Source: a bacterium
GTDB lineage: Bacteria; Hinthialibacterota; Hinthialibacteria; Hinthialibacterales; Hinthialibacteraceae
NCBI GenBank assembly: GCA_041946805.1
Contig: JBHGBC010000010.1
Location: 1 to 64,000 of the forward strand
Direction: 5' to 3'
DNA length: 64,000 bases
The translations under genes were made by a program, and so were the position numbers. The notes under the pieces were generated by a model, which saw only the letters and a list, made by a program, of their open reading frames with translations, did not search any database and was not told where the DNA came from. This document shows, in pieces, positions 28,493 through 38,032 of the stretch. Every line of letters starts with the position of its first letter. Position 1 is the first letter of the stretch.

Positions 28493-29773
28493 ATGTCCAA
28501 AAAAATATCCCGCAGAACCTTCATCGGCTCGGCCGCCCGCGCCACGGGAACGGCCGCGTTGGCGTTGCCGGTGATCGCCAAGAACCTGTACGCCCAAGGG
28601 CGCGCCGCCGCCAACGACCAGATCACCATCGGCTGCATCGGCGTCGGCGGCATGGGCACGGGCAACATGAGCGTCCTTCTGGGCATTCCCCAGACTCGCG
28701 TGCTCGCTGCCTGCGACGTGTATGAGCCCCACCGCGAGCGCGCCAAGAACCGGGTGGATGACACATACGGCAACCAGGATTGTGATACCTATAACGATTT
28801 CCGCGAATTGCTCGACCGCGACGACATCCACGCCGTGCTCATCGCCACGCCCGATCACTGGCATACCCGGATCGCCATTTCCGCCTGCGAGGCGGGGAAG
28901 GATATCTATTGCCAAAAGCCCTTGACCCTCACCATCAACGAAGGGAAAGCCCTGGTCAAGGCCGTCCGGAAATACGGGCGGATATTCCAGGTCGGCAGCC
29001 AGCAGCGGTCGGAAAGCAACTTCCGTTTCGCGTGCGAACTGGTCCGCAGCGGGCGCATCGGGAAGATCCACACCGTCAAGGTCTTTTTGCCCAACGGTTC
29101 CGACGGCCCCTGGGAACCAGACAGCGACCCGCCCGAGGGATTGGACTGGGACCTGTATCTTGGCCCCGCGCCCAAGGTCCCATATAACAAACGCCGCTTT
29201 CTGTGGGATTTCCGGTGGTTCTTCGATTATTCCGGCGGCCAGATGACCGATTGGGGCGCGCACCATTTTGACATCGCCCAGTGGGGGCTGGGGCGGGACC
29301 TGAGCGGCCCCGTCTCCGTGGAGGGAACCGGCACGCTGCCCCGCGACGGAATCTTCGAAACCTATACGAGTTTCAATTGCACCTATTATTACGACGACGG
29401 GATCAAGATGATCGCCACCAATCCGGAACACGGAACCCGCTTTGAAGGCTCCGACGGCTGGGTCCATGTGTGGCGGGGCGGCATGGAGACCGAACCCAAA
29501 TCCCTCATGCACGAAACCTTGGGATCTAACGATGTTCATCTGTATGAAAGCCCGGGACATGAACAGGATTGGGTCAACTGCGTTCTGACACGCAAAAAAC
29601 CAATTTGCGACGTGGAAATCGGCCATCGCTCGGTCACTTGCGCCCATCTGGGCAATATCGCTCTGCGCCTGGGACGCAAGCTGCAATGGGATCCGGTACG
29701 TGAAGAATTCGTCAACGATCCCGAGGCCAACCGGTGGCTGAGCCGCCCGTATCGCGCGCCATGGTACTTGTAA
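28493..29773 (+). CDS. Tat-exported Gfo/Idh/MocA oxidoreductase
   Basis: SRRTFI; GVGGMG, TPDHWH, QKPL, DWGAHHFD. Paralog of 21298-22650. Confidence 0.92.
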   Translation: MSKKISRRTFIGSAARATGTAALALPVIAKNLYAQGRAAANDQITIGCIGVGGMGTGNMSVLLGIPQTRVLAACDVYEPHRERAKNRVDDTYGNQDCDTYNDFRELLDRDDIHAVLIATPDHWHTRIAISACEAGKDIYCQKPLTLTINEGKALVKAVRKYGRIFQVGSQQRSESNFRFACELVRSGRIGKIHTVKVFLPNGSDGPWEPDSDPPEGLDWDLYLGPAPKVPYNKRRFLWDFRWFFDYSGGQMTDWGAHHFDIAQWGLGRDLSGPVSVEGTGTLPRDGIFETYTSFNCTYYYDDGIKMIATNPEHGTRFEGSDGWVHVWRGGMETEPKSLMHETLGSNDVHLYESPGHEQDWVNCVLTRKKPICDVEIGHRSVTCAHLGNIALRLGRKLQWDPVREEFVNDPEANRWLSRPYRAPWYL

Positions 29774-29799
29774 GTTCCTTATTATATAGGAGATATTCC

Positions 29800-31875
29800 A
29801 TGAGACTTAAACAACTTTCGATATTGATCCTTTTGGCCTCGATACTGGGGTGTCCCGTTCTTTCCCGCAGTCAAAGCATGGAGATTCTACTCGATCAGTT
29901 GGCGGCGCATGACGCCACACTCCGCCAGCAGGCTTTCGATCAATTGTTGCTGCTGGGGCCCTCCGCGCTGCCCGGACTCATTCAGCAAATCGGCAAATCC
30001 ACTCCCACCGGGGAAAAATGGGCCCGGCGCACCGTGGAAGCCATGGTCAACCAGTCCACCAGCCCGGGTTCGGAACGTGAACGCGCCGTCGTGGAAAAAG
30101 AACTGCTGCTCATCCTGCTGGGCAATCTCGCGCCCGAACAGGCCAAGTTCACCCTGATGATGCTTTCCCGCATCGGCGGGGAGGCTTCCGTGGAGCCGGT
30201 GGCCATCTTTTTGAACCGTCCACCCGTGCGGGAAATGGCCTTGTACGCCTTGGAGCGCATACCGGGCCATGCGTCCACCCGGGCCTTGATCGAAGCGGCC
30301 AACTCCGCCATGGAGCCGGCCTGGAAAGCGGCGATCATCAAATCGCTGGGAGCGCGGCATGACGCCGAGGCGGCGGATACCGTTCTGCGGGCGCTGCGGG
30401 ATGAAAACAACGCGGTCCGCATGGCCGCCATCGCCGCGGCCGGCCGTATACCGGAACCCAAGTGTTTCTCCGCATTGAAGCGTTTCTTTAAGGAGGGCTT
30501 CGGCCCGGAAAGGGACACCGCGGCCGCGTCGCTCCTCGTTCTGGCCGATCTCCTGGCCCAGCGCGGCCTGGCGGAAGACGCGCAGGAGGCTTACAAGCTG
30601 GTGTGTACAAACACCTCGGTTTCTCACTTGCGGTGTGCGGGTTATTACGGTCTCGTGCAAACGGCGGGGAAACGGGCCTGGCCCTTCCTCATGGTGGCCG
30701 TCCGGGATAAGGATCCCCAGGTCCGGAGCGCGGCCCGCGATCTGCTCGCCGCACTGCCCGGCGAGGACATCACCCGCGCGGTGGTCCAAGCGGTGGGAAA
30801 CTCGCGGGGCGCCATCCGGCTCGAGTTTCTGACACTGATCGAGCAGCGTCCGGAAACCGTGGTTCCGGAAGCCGCGCCGGTCTTGGCGGAATGCCTTCAA
30901 GACAGCGATCCCCGGGTGCAAAAGTCCGCGGCCGCGATTCTGGCCCGGCTGCCCGGCAACGAGACATCCACGCTGCTGCTCTCCGATTTGATACAGGCGG
31001 CCCCCGCTCAGAAGGCCCAGATGCTCCGGGTGCTGGGATCCCGGAAAAGCGAGGAAGCCGTCCAGGCGTTGATGGACTCCGCACGGGATCCGAATCCCGA
31101 GCTGCGCATGGCGGCCCTGACGGCGCTGGGCGACATGGGTTACGCGGGCGCGGCCCCGGTGTTGCAGGAAGCCTTGGCGGACAGCAATCCCCGGATCGTC
31201 AACGCCGCCGCGCAAGCCGTGCCGAAAATCTCTCCGTCCTTGCAGCAGCAGGGAAATACGCGCACGGCCATCAACTTATGCCTGCAGGCGGCCCGCGCAA
31301 CCCGGGATCCGGACATCATTCAGGAGCTGGCCGGATACTTGAAATCCGTCGAGGCGGCCGGACCGTTGAGCGACCTGACACGGGGCTTCGGTTTCGTGAC
31401 GGACTGGTGGATTGTAGGGCCGCTGGCCGGACGGGAAAGTCTCAGGCAAGACGATGTGCTCCCGGCGAACCAACCGGTCAATCCCCAACGGCCTGTTACC
31501 GTTGAAGGCAATACCCTCAAATGGAAAAAGGCCGTATTGGACAATCCCACCGGAAGGCTGAATATAGGCACTATCGTGGGGCAGCGGGATGATGCCGGGG
31601 CGTATCTCTTCGCCACGGTGCAGACCAACCAAGACGGCGAGGCGGTATTCAATATCGGCAGCGACGATGATGTGGTCTGCTGGTTGAATGGAACCGAGGT
31701 CCACCGGTTCATTGGAGACCGCGGATGGAGCCTTGACCAGGATAAAATCCCGGTGCAGCTGAAACGGGGAAACAATCACGTCCTGCTCAAGGTGCTCAAC
31801 GCGGGCGGCGGGTGGGAAGTCAGTCTGCGGATCACGGACAAGGAAGGCCATCCGTTGCGGTTTAGCCAGCCTTGA
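29800..31875 (+). CDS. Exported HEAT-repeat protein with C-terminal beta-sandwich domain
   Basis: Signal peptide; many VRxAAxxAL HEAT repeats; C-terminal WWIVGP...GSDDDVVCWLNG...LKRGNNHVLLKV. Confidence 0.85.
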   Translation: MRLKQLSILILLASILGCPVLSRSQSMEILLDQLAAHDATLRQQAFDQLLLLGPSALPGLIQQIGKSTPTGEKWARRTVEAMVNQSTSPGSERERAVVEKELLLILLGNLAPEQAKFTLMMLSRIGGEASVEPVAIFLNRPPVREMALYALERIPGHASTRALIEAANSAMEPAWKAAIIKSLGARHDAEAADTVLRALRDENNAVRMAAIAAAGRIPEPKCFSALKRFFKEGFGPERDTAAASLLVLADLLAQRGLAEDAQEAYKLVCTNTSVSHLRCAGYYGLVQTAGKRAWPFLMVAVRDKDPQVRSAARDLLAALPGEDITRAVVQAVGNSRGAIRLEFLTLIEQRPETVVPEAAPVLAECLQDSDPRVQKSAAAILARLPGNETSTLLLSDLIQAAPAQKAQMLRVLGSRKSEEAVQALMDSARDPNPELRMAALTALGDMGYAGAAPVLQEALADSNPRIVNAAAQAVPKISPSLQQQGNTRTAINLCLQAARATRDPDIIQELAGYLKSVEAAGPLSDLTRGFGFVTDWWIVGPLAGRESLRQDDVLPANQPVNPQRPVTVEGNTLKWKKAVLDNPTGRLNIGTIVGQRDDAGAYLFATVQTNQDGEAVFNIGSDDDVVCWLNGTEVHRFIGDRGWSLDQDKIPVQLKRGNNHVLLKVLNAGGGWEVSLRITDKEGHPLRFSQP

Positions 31876-31999
31876 TTGGGAATCGGCTGCGGTGGGAAAA
31901 AAGGGCGTTGGAAGGTGTCCGGCGCCCTTGGTTGTTTCGCGTGTGAAAAACGTGGGGATCCGTGACCGATGGAATGGAACCAAAACGGAAAGGCATTCG

Positions 32000-32103
32000 C
32001 CCTCTCCCAGAGAGAGAGGGGATTGCGGGTAGCTCTCTCGCACTCGTCGTATCGATGTCCGGCCACACGTTCGGAAAAAAGAAACACGCTTATCGGATGA
32101 ACC
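32000..32103 (+). repeat. Right arm of the composite element
   Basis: CCCTCTCCCAGAGAGAGAGGGG...TATCGGATGAACC. Confidence 0.65.
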
Positions 32104-32140
32104 TTTTTGATTGCAGACTGGGGCGCAGTAAAATCACCTG

Positions 32141-32169
32141 CTGGATCCCCGCTTTCGCGGGGATATCAC
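32141..32169 (+). repeat. GGATCCCCGC-TTTC-GCGGGGAT palindromic repeat
   Basis: Further copies at 36038-36064 and, inverted, 55181-55209 (28/29 identical to this one). Confidence 0.8.
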
Positions 32170-32294
32170 AGAAAAACCAAGGATGGTGGTTCAGCCTTTC
32201 CGCGGAGTACGGGAGGTAACTGTTCCCGGACGATTCATCCACAACAAGACGATACAATACCGCAGTGCGTCCCAGCAAATCGATGAGGTAATCC

Positions 32295-33551
32295 ATGAAC
32301 AGCAAAGAACGAGTGTTGGCTTCGCTGCAGCACCGGGAGCCGGACCGTGTCCCGGTTGATTTCGGCACGACCGGAACCACCAGCCTGCACGTGACCTGCG
32401 TGGCCGCCCTGCGCGATTACTACGGCCTGGAAAAGCGCCCGGTGAAGGTCCATGAACCGCACCAGATGCTCGGCTGGATGGACGAGGATTTGAAGCAGGC
32501 GGTCGGCGTGGATGTCGACGCTCCGTTCCCGTCCGGCACGATCTTCGGATTCCGCAACGAAGATTGGAAATCCTGGCGGTGGTGGAACGGGCTGGAAGTG
32601 CTGGTGCCCGGGAAATTCAACACCACTCCGAACGAAGCCGGCGGCATCTATCAGTATCCTCAAGGTGACACCACCGCGCCGCCCAGCGGCAACATGCCCA
32701 AGGACGGATTCTACTTCGACGCCATCATCCGGCAGGAACCGATCCAGGAGGACGCGCTCGATCCCGGCGACAACCTGGAGGAATACGGCCTCCTTTCCGG
32801 GCGCGAGGTCCAGGAAACCGCCGCCGCCATCGCGGACGCCGCGGTCCATGGCCGGGCGGTCATCGCCAAGTTCGGCGGGACTTCATTCGGTGACATCGCC
32901 CGCGTGCCCGGCCTCAACCTGAAGCGCCCCAAGGGCATCCGCGACATCACGGAGTGGTACGTGTCCATCGCGTCCCGGCCGGATTACATCCACGCTGTCT
33001 TTTCCAAGCAACTCGAATACGCGCTGCAAAACCTGGAGAAATTGCGCGCGGCCATCGGGGACCGGTTGGACGTGATCTTTGTCTGCGGGACCGACTTTGG
33101 CACGCAAACCTCCACCTTCTGTTCGGTCCGCACCTACAAAAACCTTTTCATGCCTTACTACAAGGCCATCAACGAATGGATCCACGCGAACACCCGGTGG
33201 AAGACCTTCAAACACTCGTGCGGGGCGGTGGAGAAGTTCATGGACGCGTTCATCGAATCGGGCTTCGACATCATCAATCCCGTGCAATGGTCCGCCGCGG
33301 GCATGGACCCCCGGCATCTCAAGAAAACCTATGGAGACCGGCTGGTCTTTTGGGGCGGGGGAGTGGACACCCAGCGGGTGTTGCCGTTCGGCACGCCGGG
33401 GGAAGTGCGGGAACAGGTCTTGCGGCAATGCGAAATCTTCGCGCCCGGCGGGGGGTTCGTGTTCAACACCGTGCACAATCTCCAGGCCAACACCCCTGTG
33501 GAAAATATCGTGGCGATGTTCGAGGCCGTTAAGGAATTCAATGGGAGATGA
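32295..33551 (+). CDS. Uroporphyrinogen decarboxylase/MtaA-CmuA family methyltransferase-like protein
   Basis: NSKERV...EPDRVPVD, DFGTQ, HSCG, FWGGGVDTQ, HNLQANTPVEN. Confidence 0.88.
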   Translation: MNSKERVLASLQHREPDRVPVDFGTTGTTSLHVTCVAALRDYYGLEKRPVKVHEPHQMLGWMDEDLKQAVGVDVDAPFPSGTIFGFRNEDWKSWRWWNGLEVLVPGKFNTTPNEAGGIYQYPQGDTTAPPSGNMPKDGFYFDAIIRQEPIQEDALDPGDNLEEYGLLSGREVQETAAAIADAAVHGRAVIAKFGGTSFGDIARVPGLNLKRPKGIRDITEWYVSIASRPDYIHAVFSKQLEYALQNLEKLRAAIGDRLDVIFVCGTDFGTQTSTFCSVRTYKNLFMPYYKAINEWIHANTRWKTFKHSCGAVEKFMDAFIESGFDIINPVQWSAAGMDPRHLKKTYGDRLVFWGGGVDTQRVLPFGTPGEVREQVLRQCEIFAPGGGFVFNTVHNLQANTPVENIVAMFEAVKEFNGR

Positions 33552-33606
33552 TTTCAAGGAAGACCATTGTCTGTCATTTAAAGCCGCATGGCGGTTACGC
33601 GCGCCG

Positions 33607-34269
33607 TTACCCGGCCCAGTCCACCAGGGCGCGCAACAGCTCCTGCATCCCCTTGCGGCTGACGGATGAGGTGAGGATGCACGATTCGCCGTCCCGCAAG
33701 CGCAGCCGCTCGGCGACTTGCTTCCGTACCTTGGCGGTCTCGCTTTGGTTCAACTTGTCGCATTTGGTCAGGATGGTGATCGCGGGCAATCCCCGGGCGG
33801 TGATCCATTCCCGCATCTGGAGATCCAAGGCGGCCGGTTCGTGCCGGGCATCCACAAGCTGCAGGATACCCCGCAAGGCTCTTTTTTCGAGAAACACGGC
33901 CAGGCTTTTGCCCCACTGTTCCCGCGTGGATTTATCCACCTTCGAATAGCCGTACCCGGGCAAGTCCACCAGGTGGAGCCGGATGGCGCCCGGTTCGATC
34001 CGCACGTGAAAGTAATTGATCAACCGGGTCTTCCCAGGGGTGCTGGAGGTTTTGGCCAGGTTGCGGCGCTGGCAGAGCGTGTTGATCAGGCTGGATTTGC
34101 CGACATTGGAACGGCCGGCGATAGCGATTTCCGGGAGTTCCGGCGGTGGGCATTGTTTCAGACCGGGGGCGCTGGTGACGAAGGACGCCTCGGCCACCCG
34201 CCACTCCACGGTTTGGTCCGGATCGCGTGGTTCGCCTGGATCTTTCGGTGATTCCGGTGGCTTCAGCAC
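33607..34269 (-). CDS. engB: Ribosome biogenesis GTPase EngB/YihA
   Basis: GRSNVGKSS, PGKTR, DLPGYGY, TKCDK. Confidence 0.95.
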   Translation of the reverse strand: MLKPPESPKDPGEPRDPDQTVEWRVAEASFVTSAPGLKQCPPPELPEIAIAGRSNVGKSSLINTLCQRRNLAKTSSTPGKTRLINYFHVRIEPGAIRLHLVDLPGYGYSKVDKSTREQWGKSLAVFLEKRALRGILQLVDARHEPAALDLQMREWITARGLPAITILTKCDKLNQSETAKVRKQVAERLRLRDGESCILTSSVSRKGMQELLRALVDWAG

Positions 34270-35180
34270 AAGTATTGCACCTCCCTTTCCAGGAGGATGC
34301 CAAATTTTTCCTTAACCCGTTCCGCCATCAGGTCGGCAAGCCGGTTGACCTGTTCCGCCGTGGCGTTGCCGTGATTCACGATGATGTTCGCGTGCTTTTC
34401 GAAGACTCCCGCGTCCCCCACGCGGAGTTTCTTGGCCCCGGCTTCCTCCAGGTATTTCCCGGCGGGGATCCGGTGGCCTCCCGGTTCCAAAGGCGGCAGG
34501 TTCTTGAAAAACGATCCCGCCGAGGGCAGTTTCGGTCCCGGATGTTTGATCTCCCGCTCCGCCCGGATGCGGTCCGCCTCCTCCCGTAACGCGTCTTTCG
34601 CTCCGGGAGTGAACGGGCCCATCACCGCGGTGAGAATGATATCGCCGCGCTTTTTGGCTTCGCTGGTGCGGTAGCCGATGCCCAGGCCATCCCGGGATAC
34701 CGCGGCCACCGTGCCGTCCTTGCGCAAAATGTCCGCTGCCCGCAGATATTCGCACACCAGGTGGCCAAAGGCCCCCGCGCCGCCGATCAGCGCGCCGCCC
34801 AATGATCCCGGGATGCCGGCGGCGAAAGTCAAATCCGACCATCCCCGTTCACACGTTTCGGAGACCAGGCGGTCGAGATTGTACCCGCCCGCCGCCGCCA
34901 CGGTGAAATCCTCATGCCAGGCGATGGAATCGGTCTTGTTGATCAACACCAGGCCGGCCAGGCCCCGGTCGCTGATCAACAGGTTGGAACAACCGGCGAA
35001 GAGATAAAAAGGTATCTGGGCTTCCAGACACGCCCGGCACGCGGTGATCAACTCTTCCGTGGTGTGGGCCTCGAGCAAGTATTCAGCGGGTCCGCCGATC
35101 CGGAGCGTGGTATAGGAAGCCAGCGGGACGTGTTGCCGCAGACGCCCGCCGAAACGGGCGCGCAAGGTGGATAAACTCAT
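34263..35180 (-). CDS. murB: UDP-N-acetylmuramate dehydrogenase
   Basis: TTLRIGGPA, SNLLISD, GIPGSLGG, SAGSFFKN, HANIIVN, LEREV. Confidence 0.92.
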   Translation of the reverse strand: MSLSTLRARFGGRLRQHVPLASYTTLRIGGPAEYLLEAHTTEELITACRACLEAQIPFYLFAGCSNLLISDRGLAGLVLINKTDSIAWHEDFTVAAAGGYNLDRLVSETCERGWSDLTFAAGIPGSLGGALIGGAGAFGHLVCEYLRAADILRKDGTVAAVSRDGLGIGYRTSEAKKRGDIILTAVMGPFTPGAKDALREEADRIRAEREIKHPGPKLPSAGSFFKNLPPLEPGGHRIPAGKYLEEAGAKKLRVGDAGVFEKHANIIVNHGNATAEQVNRLADLMAERVKEKFGILLEREVQYLC

Positions 35181-35189
35181 TCCGTGTAT

Positions 35190-35765
35190 CTACCGTAAAT
35201 AAATTTCCAGCCAGGAATTGAACAACTTGTCTTCCCCCTTGAGGATCAATCCGGGCGGGGATTGTTTGACCTGGTTGATCAATTGGGACAACGGCTCGTC
35301 CATGCCGTTGAAGTCCTCCAGCGCGTACTGCAAGACGCTGACCGCGGTCCCCGTGATCAACAAGGGGATGGGCAGGGAAAATTTGTTGTTCCGGATCATC
35401 AGCGTGGAGGAATACTCTTCCGGATTCACCGGTTTGGAGAATTTCCGGATTTTCAAGTGATAATCGTCCTTGGTCAATTCGAACACTTCATCCTTCGGCA
35501 TCGCTTCCACCAGCTGGGCGATGGTCACCAGGTCGAAACCGGATTCCTTGGTTTCTTTCAGATATTTGGGTGGAACCGCCGCCACGATGGCCTTCGCCAG
35601 GGACAGGGAAACCGTCGCCCCGCCGATGACCGGGGAAGCCGAATTGATTTCGTTGAACGTTCCCGCCAGCCAGATTTCCTCCTTGGGCGCGGCTTCTTCC
35701 GTGATCCCGGAAGCGGCCGTCAGAAACACCATCCCGAGAATGACGACGATCGTTTTCGCGAACAT
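35190..35765 (-). CDS. Hypothetical secreted protein
   Basis: Sec-like signal peptide, RBS, coding-like composition; heads the putative murB-engB operon. Confidence 0.8.
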   Translation of the reverse strand: MFAKTIVVILGMVFLTAASGITEEAAPKEEIWLAGTFNEINSASPVIGGATVSLSLAKAIVAAVPPKYLKETKESGFDLVTIAQLVEAMPKDEVFELTKDDYHLKIRKFSKPVNPEEYSSTLMIRNNKFSLPIPLLITGTAVSVLQYALEDFNGMDEPLSQLINQVKQSPPGLILKGEDKLFNSWLEIYLR

Positions 35766-35797
35766 GGCCTTACTTCCTTCTCTATTTCAGAACGCGC

Positions 35798-35959
35798 GGA
35801 TTGCAACTCCCTGGTTTTCTGATGACACCGGGGATGCCGCCGACCGAACCCGGCTCCCGGAATCTCTCCGGCGTCGAATTCAGCACGCGGGATCCCGGCG
35901 GCTGGAACCTATTGTAAACCAAATCGGCGTGGAGTGAAAACAGGTTCCGAGAAACTCCC
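35798..35959 (-). ncRNA. Candidate structured RNA or leader (6S-like rod possible)
   Basis: Starts 6 nt after TATAAT. Nested pairings by eye: CCUG-UUUUC/GAAAA-C-CAGG, CGCCGAUU/GGUCGGCG, CCGGGAUC/GAUUCCGG, GCGU/ACGC. Confidence 0.3.
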
Positions 35960-35965
35960 TTCAAC

Positions 35966-35971
35966 ATTATA
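35966..35971 (-). promoter_or_regulatory. Putative sigma70 -10 box
   Basis: Perfect TATAAT on the minus strand in GC-rich context; no clear -35. Confidence 0.45.
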
Positions 35972-36135
35972 CGTATCCGGCGGGGCGGAGGGGAGAATAT
36001 TTTGAACTCACCAGCGAGCCGCCTATCCTGCAATATCCTGGATCCCCACGTTCGCGGGGATGACCTCGCATGCATCTATCGAAAAAAAGAACAGGGCGGA
36101 TTACCGCCCTGTATCTTGAATGCGTTCTGGATTGA

Positions 36136-36735
36136 TTACCAGCTTTGGATGATGGGAACCAGGCGCGCGTAGACATCCTCCAGGCTCCCGACCCCGTCCA
36201 CTTCGATCAGTTGCTGTTTCTGCTTGAAATAATCTTCCAGGGGCTGCGTTTTTTCGCGGTAGACGCGCATCCGTTCCCGCACCACCGCTTCCGTGTCATC
36301 GGGGCGGTTTTCGATTTGCGCCCGTTTCAACAGCCGCTCCACCAGCAATTCCTCGGGCACGCGCAGGCTGATCGCCCCCGTAAAATGCAGGTTCAATTTT
36401 TCGAGCAGAGCCTGCAAAAGAGCGGCCTGGCCCAGGGTGCGGGGGAATCCATCCAGGATCACTCCCTTCGCGCCGGAGGAGCGGTTGAGGATGCCCTTCA
36501 GTTCATTCGCCAGCATCCCGCTGATGACATCGTCCGGAACCAGTTCGCCCCGTTCCATCAGTTCCTTGGCCTTCATCGCCAACGGATCCTGCCGGGCGAC
36601 AGCGGCGCGGAAAATGTCGCCGGTGCTGACGTGCAAATACCGCAGCCGCTCCTTGATCATCGCCGCCTGCGTCCCTTTGCCGCAGCCGGGGGGGCCGAAT
36701 ATGGTGAACGCGTGGATGGTATTGGGTTGATTCAT
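36136..36735 (-). CDS. adk: Adenylate kinase (short LID)
   Basis: GPPGCGKGTQA, STGDIFR, GELVPD, LDGFPRT, RPDD. Confidence 0.96.
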   Translation of the reverse strand: MNQPNTIHAFTIFGPPGCGKGTQAAMIKERLRYLHVSTGDIFRAAVARQDPLAMKAKELMERGELVPDDVISGMLANELKGILNRSSGAKGVILDGFPRTLGQAALLQALLEKLNLHFTGAISLRVPEELLVERLLKRAQIENRPDDTEAVVRERMRVYREKTQPLEDYFKQKQQLIEVDGVGSLEDVYARLVPIIQSW

Positions 36736-36956
36736 GGATGAACAATCCTTTTCAAGATGAATGATCGATTGCTTTCCCCGGCCGGGCGAGGAAGATCAAC
36801 GATTATACTAGGAGCGCCCTCGAAAAAGCCAAGGGGGGCAAGGAAAACAATGTGCCGATGATGAGGGAACGGCGTCCTTCCCGGGAAGGGGGGGAAGGGA
36901 TATTCGATAATATGGATTTTCAGTAACCATTTACCGGTTTGCGGTGCTGCTTTTGA

Positions 36957-37274
36957 GCGCCAACGGCGCGGCATGAGTATAGCCCAGGGCGTAAGCCCTG
37001 GGAAAAAATGACAAAGGGATTATTTCCCTCTCCCTCTGGGAGAGGATCAGGGTGAGGGAAGCCCTGAAAGGGCGAAATTCATCCTATCGCTGCGATTGAG
37101 CAAATAATTACAAACATAATAAATTGGGTTGAAGCCTTGGATTGGATCGATCTCTTCAATAAAGTATCCGGGGCAGGCCAAGTTAGTAGGGGCACGAAAT
37201 AGTATACGGGCGCGTCGCGTAGGGGAACGTATTGTTGAAGCACATAGTGTAGGGGTACGTGGCCACGTGTCCCT
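36957..37274. repeat. Cluster of three palindromic repeat families
   Basis: GCGCCAACGGCGC..AGCCCAGGGCGTAAGCCCTGGG; CCCTCTCCC hairpin (37026-37058); GCCCTGAAAGGGC; three tandem GTAGGGG heads. Confidence 0.7.
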
Positions 37275-37375
37275 GCTTGGCGGCCGGTCCCTCATTTCCA
37301 GTCCTTGAGCGCGCGCGGGGAATAAAAACGGTAGTATATAGATGCAATTCAATAAAGACCTTGGAAGGCAAAACC

Positions 37376-37741
37376 ATGGAATCTTCCACCAAGCGCTATA
37401 CCGTCCGCCGGGTGTCCGGCGTGGAAAAAGAAAAAAGCACCTGCGGCTACCGCCAGCGGCTCTTCAGCACGGGCGACGACACGCCCGCGTTCATTCACCT
37501 GGTGCGCATCCAGGGTTCCCGCGCCCACTACCACAAGCGCGCGGTCGAGTTTTATTACGTTCTGGAAGGATCGGGAACCATGACCGTCGATGGCGACACC
37601 TTTCCCATCGAGGCGGGCGCCATCGTCAAACTGGAACCCCTCTCCATCCACGCCTCGGAGGGAGACCACCTGGTGTTGGTGATCGGCGTCCCCGACATCG
37701 CCGAGGACGACATCTTTTTCCCGGATGAGAAATCCCGTTGA
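37376..37741 (+). CDS. Cupin-domain protein
   Basis: HYHKRAVEFYYVLEGSG...IH cupin motifs; ATG at 37376. Confidence 0.88.
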   Translation: MESSTKRYTVRRVSGVEKEKSTCGYRQRLFSTGDDTPAFIHLVRIQGSRAHYHKRAVEFYYVLEGSGTMTVDGDTFPIEAGAIVKLEPLSIHASEGDHLVLVIGVPDIAEDDIFFPDEKSR

Positions 37742-37767
37742 TCGGCAAGGGATTCCAGGGAGAAGGC

Positions 37768-37959
37768 TTACAGAAAATGCCGCATGATGGAAATGTAGAT
37801 GTCGAGCACCTTGTCCAGGATCACCAAAAACATGGTGCTGAAGAAGAGAATCAGCATCTTAGTGAAGAAGGAGCGCCGGGCCACGAATCCGCAATGCGGG
37901 CAGATATACGCCTTGTGTGAAATTTCCTGATTGCATTCCGAACATCGAATCAATGCCAT
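37768..37959 (-). CDS. Small zinc-ribbon plus TM protein (63 aa)
   Basis: MALIRCSECNQEISHKAYICPHCG followed by a hydrophobic helix. Confidence 0.75.
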   Translation of the reverse strand: MALIRCSECNQEISHKAYICPHCGFVARRSFFTKMLILFFSTMFLVILDKVLDIYISIMRHFL

Positions 37960-37982
37960 ATCGAGTTCTCTTTGAATGGGGA

Positions 37983-38013
37983 TGTAGGGTGGGTTGATCG
38001 GAGCGAAACCCAC
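37983..38013 (+). repeat. GTAG-type REP
   Basis: GTAGGGTGGGTT-GATCGGAGCGA-AACCCACC. Confidence 0.7.
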
Positions 38014-38032
38014 CGGTTCCGAATGAGACTTC

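Noticed and set aside
32295..33551. Calling this gene hemE
   Set aside because: Resembles the methyltransferase-like branch (HxCG) and has no haem-pathway neighbours.
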